Assembly: GCA_035460225.1 (NCBI GenBank)
Contig: DATHWX010000022.1
Span: 42,250-106,249 of the forward strand
Direction: 5' to 3'
Length of the DNA: 64,000 bases
From: Methylotenera sp.
Lineage (GTDB): Bacteria; Pseudomonadota; Gammaproteobacteria; Burkholderiales; Methylophilaceae
A program made the translations under genes and the position numbers. Below the pieces are notes generated by a model. It did no database searches, was not told the DNA's origin, and saw nothing but the letters and a program-made list of their open reading frames with translations. Of the stretch, positions 47,162 through 58,071 are shown one piece after another. Every line of letters starts with the position of its first letter. Positions within the stretch are counted from its first letter, which is position 1.

Positions 47162-47683
47162 ATGAAAACAAAAAACTTCTTAAAAGTATCAATCATGACT
47201 GCAGCTATTTGCTGTGCCTTACCCGCTTGGGCAGATGTATCCATGTCTGACTCGCATTTTTTGCAAAAAGCTGCACAGGCAGGTAATTATGAGATTAAAG
47301 GCAGTGAGTTAGCGCTTAAGAAATCTAAAGATGCTGAAGTGCAAAACTTCGCTAAGCAGATGGTCGATGACCATACTAAGGCCGGTGAAGAAGTTAAAGC
47401 CTTGGCTGCCAAGAAAAATGTAAAAGTATCTGCTGAGCCTAGTTTCACACAAAAAACATCATTGATGCTGCTTGAGAAAAAAGATGGCCATGATTTTGAT
47501 GAGAGCTATGCCGATAATGTCGGTGTAGATGCACATAAATCTACAGTTAAGCTTTTTGAAAAAGCCGCTAAATCAGCCGATGATCCTGAGATCAAAGCAT
47601 TTGCGAATAAAACACTGCCAACATTGAATCACCATTTGGAAATGGCAAAAGCACTTGATGAAAAAGTAGATAAAAAGGATTAG
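47162..47683 (+). CDS. DUF4142 exported ferritin-like stress protein
   Basis: Signal peptide, FLQKAAQ..E, FAKQMVDDH, FDESY, TLPTLNHHLEMA. Confidence 0.9.
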   Translation: MKTKNFLKVSIMTAAICCALPAWADVSMSDSHFLQKAAQAGNYEIKGSELALKKSKDAEVQNFAKQMVDDHTKAGEEVKALAAKKNVKVSAEPSFTQKTSLMLLEKKDGHDFDESYADNVGVDAHKSTVKLFEKAAKSADDPEIKAFANKTLPTLNHHLEMAKALDEKVDKKD

Positions 47684-47719
47684 TCTAAAAAATAGACGGA
47701 GCTATAAATAGCAGTAACC

Positions 47720-47747
47720 AAAAAGCCTGATCATTTCAGGCTTTTTT
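47720..47747. terminator. Bidirectional intrinsic terminator
   Basis: aaaaaGCCTGA tcatt TCAGGCtttttt between convergent genes. Confidence 0.88.
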
Positions 47748-47765
47748 CATATTTAAACCATTGAT

Positions 47766-50024
47766 TTATACTGCCAGACCAGTCACTTGCTCGACCGGAT
47801 TCTCTTGTTCCGCTTGCTGAAATAATCGTACATAGCGTTGCAATGCATTCTCCAATGTCGGCATAAACAACCCTCTTTCGCTGGACAGTGCGCTGTACAA
47901 AGGCCGTGGTGCGCTGAGATTGAGTGCGGTATGTGGCATTGACTCTAATCTACTTGCGTCAAGCCCCGACATTTCACAAGCTTTGCTAGCCAAATCGATC
48001 CAGGAAATAGCTTGTGCATTAGATAAATGCCAAATTCCTTTTTCCTTATCGATCAGCAGATCCAACGAGGTATGCACTAAATCAGGCACATAGGTAGGCG
48101 AAACAACAATGTCGTTCGCAGCTGCAAATGAAGCGCCACTGCGCAATGTGTTCAGGGCTAGCGTTACAAAATTATGACTATCCCAAGGGCCGAAGAAAGC
48201 GCTGGTGCGTATTACCATCGCTTCAGGGTAAATATCCAGCACTCGGTACTCGGCGTCAGCCTTGCTTTTGCCGTATACGTTCAGAGGTGAGACAGCATCA
48301 CTTTCTACATAAGGCGTGTCTTTCGTTCCGTCAAACACCAAGTCGCTGGAAAACGTCATAAACTGGATCTTATGTCGTACACAGGCAATCGCCAGTACGG
48401 ACGCGCCTAATGTATTCTCACGGAAGCAACGTTCAGCTTCTTTTTCAGCATCATCGACCCGAACATAACCACCGGTATTGATGATTGCCCAAGGTTGGTA
48501 ACGCGCAATTGCTCGTTCTACAGAATTGAGGTCAGCGATATCCATATCTTTGCGGTTTAGTATTTGATAGGCCAAATTACGAGATTCACAGATACGGGCG
48601 AAAGCCTGGCCAAGCGTGCCGGTTGCACCCGTGATCAAGATTGGCTGGACATGATGGTTTTTTGCAAAGCGTTCCACAGAAATCGATGCCACCACATCAT
48701 TGGTCGCAACGGGCGGACAATCGAAGCGGCCGGGCCGGCGCCACCATCCATGCCCTTGCAGCACAGGGTGATCAAGCGCGGCGCCAACCGATAATTCGCG
48801 CATGAGACTCGCTAGTGCAGTAGGTCGTGGCAGCGGTGAACGGATATCAAATGGGCCGGGTTCATAGTAACCCCTACATTCAGTGATTAGACAATTCCAG
48901 TCGTAAGAACCGAGCAGTGCCCACACGGTGACGGCGCGAATATCGACACCATTTTCTCGCGCTGCTTTTGCCGCATCCCAAATTTCAAGGAGCCAGCGCA
49001 GTTGGTCCTCACGACAGGCATCGATATGAGCTTCGGTAACGGCGATTGGCAAGCCATAACGCTCCCAGGTTTCGTCCAGTAGCGGGCCAATCCCAGGGGT
49101 AGGGGTCGCTAATGCACGGGAAGCGTGAATATCAGCATGTTTTATCCCACCGTAGTCGTTGCAACACCCCGGATGATAACGGTCTGTGCGGTGGTCCAGC
49201 CAGCGCTCGCTGGTAATGTAATAATTGACGCCAATGATGTCAGGCTGGCAGATATTATCTTGAAACCAGGCTAGCTCATCCGGTTCGATTCCTGAATCAA
49301 GCATGTAATTCCACAAGGCATGCTCTGCATCAACTTTTCCGCATAACAAATCCCAAGCTAGCCAGCGCCGTTCGTTATAAAAATTCGCAAGTTCCGCCAT
49401 CTCTGATTTCGTGCTGTAGGTTTTGCTGATGTCGTCGGTTTGTACCAATTTGGCATTGGGATTGATTTTCCTGATGGCTTGCATGGACAAGACCACGGCA
49501 CGGCACTGATTAATCAGGGTACGAAGGAAGGTTCGGTCATCTTTGCCATGCGGGTACCACACGCCATACAGCCCTGAGAAGCGCGCCGTGGTTAAGGGCT
49601 CATTGACAGGAGTGTAATATTCAACCCACGGATAACGCTGGGCAACAGCGCCCGCAAACTCTGCCAATTGTTCAGCGAATGCCGGATCAGTAAGGTTGGT
49701 ATGCTGTGGGCCGCTGCCATGATGGATCAATCCTACAATTGGCGTAATTCCTAAGGCTCGCAAGCCAGATAAGCGCTCATCAGGCCATGACCAGTCAGCA
49801 GTGTTTATTCCCTCTGGCGCTGTTCTTTCCCAAAGTATGGGATAACGGATTGCGCGAATGCCTAATGAGGCAAAACGCTCTAAATCATCTTTGCGGATAG
49901 CGTGACCGTTTCTATCCATCTGGCTAAAGTATTCATCTCTTACGCGATTAACCGTGCATTCCAAGCCGCCCCACAATTCAATCAGTTTACTATGATTCTG
50001 ATCTAGTTCATTGTTTTTAATCAT
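47766..50024 (-). CDS. GH1-like glycoside hydrolase fused to a dTDP-4-dehydrorhamnose reductase (RmlD)-like domain
   Basis: N-domain WGGLEC, TPVNEP (acid/base), VTEAH (nucleophile); C-domain ITGATGTLG, SSDLVFDG, YGKSK, SPTYVPDL. Confidence 0.85.
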   Translation of the reverse strand: MIKNNELDQNHSKLIELWGGLECTVNRVRDEYFSQMDRNGHAIRKDDLERFASLGIRAIRYPILWERTAPEGINTADWSWPDERLSGLRALGITPIVGLIHHGSGPQHTNLTDPAFAEQLAEFAGAVAQRYPWVEYYTPVNEPLTTARFSGLYGVWYPHGKDDRTFLRTLINQCRAVVLSMQAIRKINPNAKLVQTDDISKTYSTKSEMAELANFYNERRWLAWDLLCGKVDAEHALWNYMLDSGIEPDELAWFQDNICQPDIIGVNYYITSERWLDHRTDRYHPGCCNDYGGIKHADIHASRALATPTPGIGPLLDETWERYGLPIAVTEAHIDACREDQLRWLLEIWDAAKAARENGVDIRAVTVWALLGSYDWNCLITECRGYYEPGPFDIRSPLPRPTALASLMRELSVGAALDHPVLQGHGWWRRPGRFDCPPVATNDVVASISVERFAKNHHVQPILITGATGTLGQAFARICESRNLAYQILNRKDMDIADLNSVERAIARYQPWAIINTGGYVRVDDAEKEAERCFRENTLGASVLAIACVRHKIQFMTFSSDLVFDGTKDTPYVESDAVSPLNVYGKSKADAEYRVLDIYPEAMVIRTSAFFGPWDSHNFVTLALNTLRSGASFAAANDIVVSPTYVPDLVHTSLDLLIDKEKGIWHLSNAQAISWIDLASKACEMSGLDASRLESMPHTALNLSAPRPLYSALSSERGLFMPTLENALQRYVRLFQQAEQENPVEQVTGLAV

Positions 50025-50086
50025 TAATATTTTCCATATTTGTCTTTATTAAGCGTTAGGGCAACTTCAAAACACAAAGCCTGAAT

Positions 50087-50104
50087 TGTCAGGGTTTACT
50101 GATG
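50087..50104. promoter_or_regulatory. Single palindromic box upstream of the GH1-RmlD gene
   Basis: TGTCAG-GGTTTA-CTGATG; no clear partner box at 22 bp. Confidence 0.45.
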
Positions 50105-50138
50105 TGAATGATGAAACCAACGCCAATATTACAAATGT

Positions 50139-50459
50139 CTACCCGTTATAACCTATATTCATCTCGTCTTCGTCCAATTCCATTGACTCCTCAATCTGGT
50201 CATCTTCTTCGGTTAGTGCTTCATCCTCAAGTCGATAAGCAAGCCCATCCAAACGTTCTTGCAAAGTAAGTTCCCCCAGAACTTCTTCCCACATTTCATC
50301 TTGCAGGTTAGTCACTTCCTGAGCGTTTTCTACATGGTCAAGTACTTCCTGAGATTCAGGGTCTAACTCACTGATATAATTTAAATATTCATCATACAAA
50401 GTCGCAAAATTTTCATCATTTCTAGTGTATGTCACTAGGTAACCGCTAGTAAGTCCCAT
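50139..50459 (-). CDS. Small, highly acidic hypothetical protein
   Basis: aaggag RBS before ATG 50459; Asp/Glu-rich; directly downstream of the dehydrogenase gene. Confidence 0.7.
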   Translation of the reverse strand: MGLTSGYLVTYTRNDENFATLYDEYLNYISELDPESQEVLDHVENAQEVTNLQDEMWEEVLGELTLQERLDGLAYRLEDEALTEEDDQIEESMELDEDEMNIGYNG

Positions 50460-50505
50460 AAATTTCTCCTTAGATAAAATTAACAAATCGCAATCGCACA
50501 TAACA

Positions 50506-51672
50506 TCAGCCTGGGGTCAAAACTACCTTGCGGCAGTACTCTTCTTTGTTATTGAAAATTTCATAACCTCTAGGCGCATCTTCCAGAGACATGCGATGCG
50601 TAATGATGTCTGCGGGTGTCAAGTCGCCGTTTTCGATAAACTCAAATAGCTCAGGTAAGTAGCGCTGCACATGGGTTTGGCCCATCTTGAAAGTGATGCT
50701 TTTATCAAACGCATCACCAAAAAGAAACGCATGAATAAATCCCGCATATACGCCGGGCACGCTGACAATACCGCCTCGCCTGACCGCCGCGATACACTGG
50801 CGTAAGGCTTCGCCGCTGCTACCTTCCATTTTTAGATTGGTCAGCACAGTTTCCACAGTGCTTCCTTTGGCTTCAAAGCCCACTGCATCAATCACTGCAT
50901 CAACCCCGCGGAATTGGGTATTTTCCAAAATGGTATGGGCAGGGTCATCGTCTACATCGAAATTGATGCTGATAGTGTTGTATTCTTTGTGAGCAAAATC
51001 CAGGCGATATTCGTGATGATCGACCATGAATATTGTCTCGGCGCCGCGCATTCTGGCACACGCTGCAGCCATTAAACCCACTGGTCCGGCACCGTAAATA
51101 GCCACCGTAGAGCCAGCCTGTACTTCGGCATTCAATACTGCCTGATAGCCGGTAGGCAGGATATCCGTGAGGAATAACACCTGTTCATCGGACAAACTGC
51201 CGTTGATAGGAAAGGGCCCAACGTTACCTTTGGGCACACGTACTAATTCAGCCTGTCCGCCAGGCACGCCGCCATATAAATGGCTATAACCGAATAAGGC
51301 GGCAGAGGGTCTTATGTCTTTTTTATTCATGATCGCGCCGCGGCCGCTATTGGTGGTTTCGCAGGCTGAAAAAAGACTCTTTTGACAGAAAAAACATTGC
51401 CCACAGGCAATCACAAAAGGAATGATCACTCGATCGCCTTTTCTTACGCGGGTCACAGCGCTACCGGTGTCTTCCACGATTCCCATGAATTCATGGCCCA
51501 AAATATCACCGTCTTTTACCAGGGGAATCTTGCCACGATACAAATGCAAGTCAGAGCCGCAAATCGCAGTGGCTGTGACTCTTAGGAGCACATCGTCATC
51601 TTCCAGCAATACGGGATCAGGCACGGTTTCGATACGAACGTCTTTAGCACCATGGTAGGTAAGGGCGCGCAT
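50506..51672 (-). CDS. Zinc-dependent dehydrogenase, glutathione-dependent formaldehyde dehydrogenase-like (YbdR family)
   Basis: ICGSDLH, GHEFMG, CGQCFFC...C, DILPTG, GAGPVG, DAVGFEA. Start at Met6 of the ORF with an aggag RBS. Confidence 0.9.
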   Translation of the reverse strand: MRALTYHGAKDVRIETVPDPVLLEDDDVLLRVTATAICGSDLHLYRGKIPLVKDGDILGHEFMGIVEDTGSAVTRVRKGDRVIIPFVIACGQCFFCQKSLFSACETTNSGRGAIMNKKDIRPSAALFGYSHLYGGVPGGQAELVRVPKGNVGPFPINGSLSDEQVLFLTDILPTGYQAVLNAEVQAGSTVAIYGAGPVGLMAAACARMRGAETIFMVDHHEYRLDFAHKEYNTISINFDVDDDPAHTILENTQFRGVDAVIDAVGFEAKGSTVETVLTNLKMEGSSGEALRQCIAAVRRGGIVSVPGVYAGFIHAFLFGDAFDKSITFKMGQTHVQRYLPELFEFIENGDLTPADIITHRMSLEDAPRGYEIFNNKEEYCRKVVLTPG

Positions 51673-51712
51673 ACTCACTCCTAACAATCAGTGACAAAAC
51701 AATAACTAAAGC

Positions 51713-51779
51713 ATTTTAGAAATGCCGCTGCATGTTATCTGTAGGCGCGCCCTGATTCGACTGTAGGATTTAACCTATT
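51713..51779 (-). promoter_or_regulatory. Tandem boxes plus -10 element upstream of the YbdR-like gene
   Basis: TGTAGG-N6-CTGATT (51740-51757) and TGTAGG-N6-CCTATT (51762-51779); minus-strand TAAAAT (51718-51713) is 21 nt downstream. Confidence 0.7.
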
Positions 51780-52452
51780 TAAAGTTTTTACTTGAAATTT
51801 TTACTGGCCAGACAAAGCTGCCATCCGTAACAAAGATTTTTTGGGCTTGATCGGTATCGATTACATACCCGCCAGTAAAATCGCCGAATGAAGGCAGAAG
51901 GGTATACGTGGCTTCGTGATAGAAACAAGGCAGATGCAGCCGCTGGCGGCCTTTGCCCTGCAATACGAATACCGGGTGAATATGTCCGGCAATCACGTGG
52001 TGAGTAGGATGCGGCTTGGGAGTGTGCTGTAAGGAAAGATGATGAAATAGGTAAGGCTCGGTAACGACCTTGATGTTGAGGTAATCTGGCGGATCGCCGG
52101 CTTTAAGGTCATGATTACCACGTACCAGCGCGCATTGAATATCCGGGTGCTTCTGCCGCCACCGCTGTAAGGCAGCTAGCGTGGAAGGAGCATGCGATTT
52201 AGGCGCATGTAAAAAATCCCCCAGAAAAATAATACGGTCAGTCGGATATTTCTCTATTAAAGCATCCAAGCGGTCCAGGTTCTTTTGTGTGGTACCGCGC
52301 GGTACCGGCTGGCCTAGCGCCCGGTAAGCAGCTGCCTTACCGAAATGAATATCCGCTATCAGCAATGTGCGCTGCTGCGGCCAGTAAATGGCTTTGTCTG
52401 CTAGTAGCCACAGGGTTTCGCCGCCGATGATTAAAGGCTGTTCTGTCTGCAT
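51775..52452 (-). CDS. pdeM: Ligase-associated metallophosphoesterase endonuclease (MPE/PdeM)
   Basis: ADIHFGK, LGDFLH, RGNHD, AGHIHP, LPSFGDFTGG; downstream of Lhr. Confidence 0.93.
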   Translation of the reverse strand: MQTEQPLIIGGETLWLLADKAIYWPQQRTLLIADIHFGKAAAYRALGQPVPRGTTQKNLDRLDALIEKYPTDRIIFLGDFLHAPKSHAPSTLAALQRWRQKHPDIQCALVRGNHDLKAGDPPDYLNIKVVTEPYLFHHLSLQHTPKPHPTHHVIAGHIHPVFVLQGKGRQRLHLPCFYHEATYTLLPSFGDFTGGYVIDTDQAQKIFVTDGSFVWPVKISSKNFK

Positions 52453-52461
52453 AAGGTTGAA

Positions 52462-55137
52462 TTAGAAACCGTGCCTGGGTTTTGGCAGCTTGATGCGCGG
52501 TAATCCGGTTTTGCGTACACGCTCTCGTTTGCGGCTTGCTGGTTCTGCCGCATTGAACTTGGTCTGTTCTTGTACGCTTTCTGCTGGGCTAAAACCTCCT
52601 TCGCCTGCAGCTTTCTCCAGGTCTGCGACCATACGAGCAATACGGTCAGCCAGCTTTTCGGAGCTGGAGCTTTCACGAAAACGCTCGACAAGTAAAGGAA
52701 AAGCAAATGGCGTGGGGCGTTTTACTTGCATCATATGCAAAGTTTTTTTCTGAAGATTAAGCAAAGTTTCCGAGAGTCTTTCTATTTCTAACTCCTGTCT
52801 TAAAACTTCTTGCTGGGCTTGGGTGAGCAAAAGATTACCAGGGTCATACTTCTGGAACACGTCATAAAATAAACTGGAAGAAGCCTGCAATTGTTTGGAG
52901 CTTTTAGGCGCGCCAGGAAAACCGGCAAAAACCAGTCCGGAGATGCGGGCAATTTCCCTAAACCTTCGCTGCGCCATTTGGCTCGCATTCAAACTGCCAA
53001 TCACGTCCTCTAATAAATTTTCAGTGCTAAAAATGTCAGGCGTGAACTGGCTTGCCCAGTCGATCTCAGTGGCAGAAAGTAGCTCGAATCCATAGTCATT
53101 TACAGCAATAGAAAAGGTATTCGCCTGGTGCTTACCGATACGCCATGCGAGTAGGCTAGCCAAACCCAGGTGTACGCTGCGACCTGCATATGGATAAAGG
53201 AACAAATGCCAGCCTTCGCGCGAATGCAAAGCTTCAGCAAGCAGAGTATCGTTGGTGGGCAGGGCAGACCAATCGGTTTGTACGTCGAGCAATGGCTTCA
53301 CGAGTTGCATTTCAGGGCCATCAAAATGCCCATGCGCTGCGGCATCCATGCGTGCAACGATAGCATTGGATAATTCGGTAGAAAGCGGCATGCGCCCGCC
53401 ATTCCAGCGCGGTACAGCGGCTTTTTTGCTGGTAGCCTTGCGCACATAAGCGGTCATCTCATGCACGCGTACCAGCTCTAATAATCGTCCGCCAAACAGG
53501 AAATGGTCGCCAGGTTTCAACCTTGCTATAAAACTTTCTTCAACGGACCCTAAGCTCTTGCCGGACGTGCCTTTGCTCCAGTATTTAACCGTCATGCTCG
53601 AATCGCTGACGATGGTGCCAATGCTCATGCGATGCCGTCTTGCCAGATGCCCGTCCGGTACATGCCACACGCCTTGCTCATCGGGTATGGCACGGCGGTA
53701 ATCGGGGTAGGCATTAAGCGAATTGCCGCCATGCCGCACGAAAGCCAGCGTCCATAGCCATTCTTCATCTGTAAGGTTACGGTAGGCATAACAGCTGCGG
53801 ACTTCTGCGAGTAATTCATCGGCGACAAAGCCGCCGCCAAGCGCTACCGTCACCAAATGCTGCACTAAAACGTCTAAGGGCTTGTGCGGCGATTCGCGCG
53901 GTTCTACATTACGTGCCGCAATGGCATCCTGTGCCGCGATAGACTCGATCATTTCCAGGCTATGCGTTGGCACCATAGTGAGGCGGGAAGGGCGCCCTGG
54001 CGCGTGCCCGGAACGACCTGCACGTTGCATTAAGCGGGCCACGCCTTTAGGCGAGCCGATCTGCAATACACGTTCTACGGGGAGGAAATCCACACCCAAA
54101 TCCAGACTAGAGGTACAGATCACCGCTTTCAATCGACCTTCCTTCAAGCCTAACTCTACCCATTCGCGTACGTTTCTATCGAGTGATCCGTGATGCAATG
54201 CAATCAAGCCGGCCCAATCTGGGCGTTCTTCCAGAATCGCCTGGTACCATATCTCACATTGTGAGCGGGTATTAGTAAAGACCAGCGCCGTACTGCTCTT
54301 TTCAATTTGCTCAATCACTTGCGGCAGCATGCGCAAGCCTAAATGCCCTGCCCACGGAAAGCGCTCAATGCCGGGCGGTAGCAAGGTGTCGATAAACAGG
54401 TCTTTAGCGACTTTGCCTTGTACGAGTAAAGCATTCTTGGCTGACGGGATAAGTACTTCCATGGCATGGTGCAAGTTACCTAAGGTTGCCGACAAACCCC
54501 AAGTCATAAGCTGCGGTTGCCACACGCGCAAGCGTGCTAACGCAAGCTGCAATTGCACGCCGCGTTTATTGCCAATGAGCTCATGCCATTCATCGACCAC
54601 TACCAATTTAAGCGTGGCGAAAGTCTCGGCAGCATCAGGCCGCGTCAGTAACAAACTCAAGCTTTCCGGTGTGGTAATGAGTGCTGTCGGTAACTGCTTT
54701 GCCTGTTTTGCGCGTTCGCTGCCAGAGGTATCGCCGGTTCGCAATCCTATGGTCCAATCTAATCCCAAGTCAGTCACAGGCGCTGTTAACGCACGTTCGG
54801 TATCCGCTGCCAATGCTCGCATCGGCGTGATCCATAACACCGTGAGAGGTGGTGCTTTGGGTTTGAGTTTGGGTTTTGCGATTACCACGTAATCCGGAGT
54901 AGCTGGCACATGCGGGTCCGCAAACCTGGCTAAGGCGCCAAGCCAGACCGCATAGGTTTTACCGGCACCGGTAGTCGCGTGGAGCATACCGGAGATGCCC
55001 GTGGATATTGCCTCCCAGACCTGCCTTTGAAAGGGGAAAGGCTGCCAGCCATTATGCGTAAACCAGGCTTCTGCAATGCCAGGCGCTTGAATAGGCGAGC
55101 TAGTAGGTGCAATTGGCGACAATTCGGGATATCTCAT
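52462..55137 (-). CDS. lhr: Ligase-associated DEXH helicase (Lhr-Core)
   Basis: [45 protein letters not shown]. Confidence 0.93.
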   Translation of the reverse strand: MRYPELSPIAPTSSPIQAPGIAEAWFTHNGWQPFPFQRQVWEAISTGISGMLHATTGAGKTYAVWLGALARFADPHVPATPDYVVIAKPKLKPKAPPLTVLWITPMRALAADTERALTAPVTDLGLDWTIGLRTGDTSGSERAKQAKQLPTALITTPESLSLLLTRPDAAETFATLKLVVVDEWHELIGNKRGVQLQLALARLRVWQPQLMTWGLSATLGNLHHAMEVLIPSAKNALLVQGKVAKDLFIDTLLPPGIERFPWAGHLGLRMLPQVIEQIEKSSTALVFTNTRSQCEIWYQAILEERPDWAGLIALHHGSLDRNVREWVELGLKEGRLKAVICTSSLDLGVDFLPVERVLQIGSPKGVARLMQRAGRSGHAPGRPSRLTMVPTHSLEMIESIAAQDAIAARNVEPRESPHKPLDVLVQHLVTVALGGGFVADELLAEVRSCYAYRNLTDEEWLWTLAFVRHGGNSLNAYPDYRRAIPDEQGVWHVPDGHLARRHRMSIGTIVSDSSMTVKYWSKGTSGKSLGSVEESFIARLKPGDHFLFGGRLLELVRVHEMTAYVRKATSKKAAVPRWNGGRMPLSTELSNAIVARMDAAAHGHFDGPEMQLVKPLLDVQTDWSALPTNDTLLAEALHSREGWHLFLYPYAGRSVHLGLASLLAWRIGKHQANTFSIAVNDYGFELLSATEIDWASQFTPDIFSTENLLEDVIGSLNASQMAQRRFREIARISGLVFAGFPGAPKSSKQLQASSSLFYDVFQKYDPGNLLLTQAQQEVLRQELEIERLSETLLNLQKKTLHMMQVKRPTPFAFPLLVERFRESSSSEKLADRIARMVADLEKAAGEGGFSPAESVQEQTKFNAAEPASRKRERVRKTGLPRIKLPKPRHGF

Positions 55138-55140
55138 GAC

Positions 55141-56832
55141 TTAAGCCGCCTGCGATTTTATTAACTGCTGCGATGCCGTTGGCAGCAGCTCATGCAAGGT
55201 TTCCAGCGTATCCGCCTCTGCCAATGGCTTATCTTGCCGCCAGCGCAGCATGCGTGGAAAGCGCACGGCGATACCGCTTTTATGCCTGGAACTCAGGGCA
55301 ATACCTTCGAAGCCTAGTTCAAACACCATGGTTGGGGTCACGCTGCGCACCGGGCCGAATTTTTCTACTGTAGTTTTGCGGATGATGGCATCCACTTCGC
55401 GCATCTCGGCATCAGTTAAACCGGAATAAGCCTTGGCGAATGGCACTAGTTTGCGTTCTAGTACATTTTCCGGTGCATCCCATACTGCAAAAGTGAAATC
55501 TGTGTAAAGGCTGGCGCGTCGCCCGTGGCCGCGCTGTGCATAGATCAGCACGGCATCTACCGTGTACGGGTCTATCTTCCATTTCCACCACACACCTACG
55601 TCCTTGGTTCGGCCGACCCCATAACGCGCATCGCGCCGCTTCAGCATCATGCCTTCTACGCCTAAGCTGCGGGACGATTCACGTAATTTATCGAGCTCTA
55701 GCCATGATGCACCTGATAACAAAGGCGATAGCTGCAATTGAGGTTTGTTACATGCAGCCACTACGAATTCCAATTGCGTACGACGCGTAGATTGCGGCTG
55801 GTCGCGCCAATCTATGCCTTGCCATTCCAATAAATCATAAGCCAGCACTGCCACCGGTATATTCTCCAGAATCTTTGCGGTAAGGGTTTTGCGACCGATA
55901 CGCTGTTGCAGTAAAGCGAAAGCCTGTACCTGGCCAATACCGTCCTCACCGGCTTTCCATACTACGATCTCGCCATCGATCACCGTGCCGTCAGGCAACG
56001 TTTCTGCCAATGAAGCAAGCTCCGGAAAACGGTCTGTGACGAGTTCTTCGCCACGCGACCATACCCATAACTGGCCATCCCGCTTCACCAGTTGCGAGCG
56101 TATACCATCCCATTTCCATTCAACTTGCCATTGTGATGGCGGGCCGATCTGCGCTTCAAAATCGGTAGTTGGTAACTGCAAAGGATGCGCCAGAAAAAAG
56201 GGATAAGGCTGGCCTTCCAACCGTTCGTCTTTATCTTCATTGATAGGCGCAATGAGTCGCTGATAATGCTCTGCGCTAGGCCGGGCGGATAGGTCGGTAT
56301 AACCCACTAACCGATGCGCAATGCGTTTGGCGTCGATATTAGCAACGGCGGCTAGGGCACGCGTCACCAATAATCGCGAAACCCCAACGCGGAAGCTGCC
56401 GGTAATAAGCTTGATACACACCAGCTGGCTGCGTTTATCCAGTTCCTGCAATAAAGGTAAAAGCTGCTGCATTAATATTTCCGGCTGCAAGCCTCGCAAG
56501 GGCAGAAGTTTTTGTTCCACCCAAACCGCTAAACCATCTTCTGAGGTATAAGTAGATTCGGGCAACAACAAAGTCATGGTTTCCGCTAGGTCACCCACGG
56601 CTTGGTAGCTTTCTTCAAACAGCCATTCCGGCAAGCCGGAAGCTTGTAAAGTGAGCTCGCGCAATAGTTTAGTTGGAACCAACTGGCGTGGACGGCCACC
56701 GGAAAGGAAATACACCGCCCAAGCTGCATCTTCCGGCGTGCTGTTCCTGAAATAATCCTGTAGTGCCGCAAGTTTGGCGTTGCTGCTTGTAGTGGCGTCT
56801 AAACTGGTATATAAATCTGCAAATTCTTTCAA
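55141..56832 (-). CDS. ATP-dependent DNA ligase of the Exo-Lig-Lhr-MPE operon
   Basis: EWKWDGIR (adenylated Lys), IDGEI, EGMMLK, WWKWK, AVRFPR; TTG start overlaps the exonuclease stop. Confidence 0.93.
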   Translation of the reverse strand: MKEFADLYTSLDATTSSNAKLAALQDYFRNSTPEDAAWAVYFLSGGRPRQLVPTKLLRELTLQASGLPEWLFEESYQAVGDLAETMTLLLPESTYTSEDGLAVWVEQKLLPLRGLQPEILMQQLLPLLQELDKRSQLVCIKLITGSFRVGVSRLLVTRALAAVANIDAKRIAHRLVGYTDLSARPSAEHYQRLIAPINEDKDERLEGQPYPFFLAHPLQLPTTDFEAQIGPPSQWQVEWKWDGIRSQLVKRDGQLWVWSRGEELVTDRFPELASLAETLPDGTVIDGEIVVWKAGEDGIGQVQAFALLQQRIGRKTLTAKILENIPVAVLAYDLLEWQGIDWRDQPQSTRRTQLEFVVAACNKPQLQLSPLLSGASWLELDKLRESSRSLGVEGMMLKRRDARYGVGRTKDVGVWWKWKIDPYTVDAVLIYAQRGHGRRASLYTDFTFAVWDAPENVLERKLVPFAKAYSGLTDAEMREVDAIIRKTTVEKFGPVRSVTPTMVFELGFEGIALSSRHKSGIAVRFPRMLRWRQDKPLAEADTLETLHELLPTASQQLIKSQAA

Positions 56833-57893
56833 ACAGTGGCCTCGTTGATATTCGCATCAGCTTTGATATCAGGTTCAGTGCCAGGCTTAATATCAGCCTC
56901 GGCTTCAGCCGCTTCTTCGCCATATTCAGTAGTGAAACCTTGAGCATCCAAACCCTGTTCGCGCAGCCAGCGCACCATCACGTTTACCTGGCCATGCGTG
57001 ACGAAGACGCGTTCTGCACCTGTAGCCGTGATAGCGCTTTGCAGGCCTGGCCAATCTGCATGGTCTGACATGATAAAACCGCGATCGACACCACGGCGCC
57101 TGCGTGTGCCGCGTAGCTGCATCCAACCGCTGGCAAATGCGTCAGAATAGTCACCAAACCGTTTCATCCAGCTGCTGCCTTGAGCAGAAGGCGGCGCAAG
57201 TACGATGCTTTTGCGAATCTGTGTTGTGTCAGTCATTTCGCTCACATATTGCGTATGCGGCAGCGCTACGCCAGCTTCGCGGTAGACGCGGTTTAATGGT
57301 TCTACCGCACCATGCACTAGTATCGGTCCAATAGCGGGATTCAAGCCGGAGAGCAACCGCTGGGCTTTACCGAATGCATAACAGAACAAAACGCTGGTGC
57401 GGTTGTTATCCGCATTGCTTTGCCACCATTGGTTAATGTCAGCAAAGATTTCCGCTTGCGGACGCCATTTATAGATCGGCAGGCCAAAGGTAGATTCGGT
57501 AATATAGGTATGGCAGGCTACGCTTTCAAAAGGCGCACAAGTGCCATCATCTTCAACTTTATAATCTCCGGAAGCGACCCAGACTTCGCCTTTATACTCC
57601 AGCCGCACCTGGGCAGAACCGAGCACATGGCCGGCTGGGTGCAAGCTTAGTTTGACGCCATGGTGATTGATACTTTCACCGTATTGCAAGGCTGTTAGGT
57701 TGATCTCTGCGCCCAGGCGTTTACGCAAGATGCCTTCACCAGCTGCGGCTGCGAGGTAATGGCTGCTGCCGGTACGGGCGTGATCGCCATGACCGTGTGT
57801 AATGACAGCGCGCTCCACCGGACGCCACGGGTCGATATAGAAATTACCTGGCGGGCAATATAAGCCTTCAGGCCTTGCGATGATTAAATCCAT
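56829..57893 (-). CDS. Ligase-associated metallo-beta-lactamase/beta-CASP exonuclease
   Basis: ITHGHGDH, AGHVLGS, SGDYK, TESTFG, SDHADW, VTHG. Confidence 0.93.
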   Translation of the reverse strand: MDLIIARPEGLYCPPGNFYIDPWRPVERAVITHGHGDHARTGSSHYLAAAAGEGILRKRLGAEINLTALQYGESINHHGVKLSLHPAGHVLGSAQVRLEYKGEVWVASGDYKVEDDGTCAPFESVACHTYITESTFGLPIYKWRPQAEIFADINQWWQSNADNNRTSVLFCYAFGKAQRLLSGLNPAIGPILVHGAVEPLNRVYREAGVALPHTQYVSEMTDTTQIRKSIVLAPPSAQGSSWMKRFGDYSDAFASGWMQLRGTRRRRGVDRGFIMSDHADWPGLQSAITATGAERVFVTHGQVNVMVRWLREQGLDAQGFTTEYGEEAAEAEADIKPGTEPDIKADANINEATV

Positions 57894-57975
57894 AAGAATT
57901 CAAGCTGAGAATGAACTGATGTGACCTGCGGCAAAGTTTCAAGTTCATCGTCATTAAAGGTTGATAAATCAAGCG

Positions 57976-58043
57976 TATAAGAAATTTCTTACATCACAAT
58001 CAGCCCATTCATGACACGTTAAAAATATTCCTAAAACTATAAT
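57976..58043 (+). promoter_or_regulatory. Palindromic boxes plus -10 element in the exonuclease/ku divergent region
   Basis: TATAAG-AAATTT-CTTACA (57976-57993), AATCAG half-site 22 bp later (57998), GTTAAA-AATATT-CCTAAA (58018-58035), TATAAT at 58038. Confidence 0.7.
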
Positions 58044-58071
58044 TATTCAGTTGATTCAATAGGATAAGACT

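Noticed and set aside
57961-57972. TTGAT-aa-ATCAA as an FNR box before ku
   Set aside because: The spacer is 2 nt rather than the 4 nt FNR requires.
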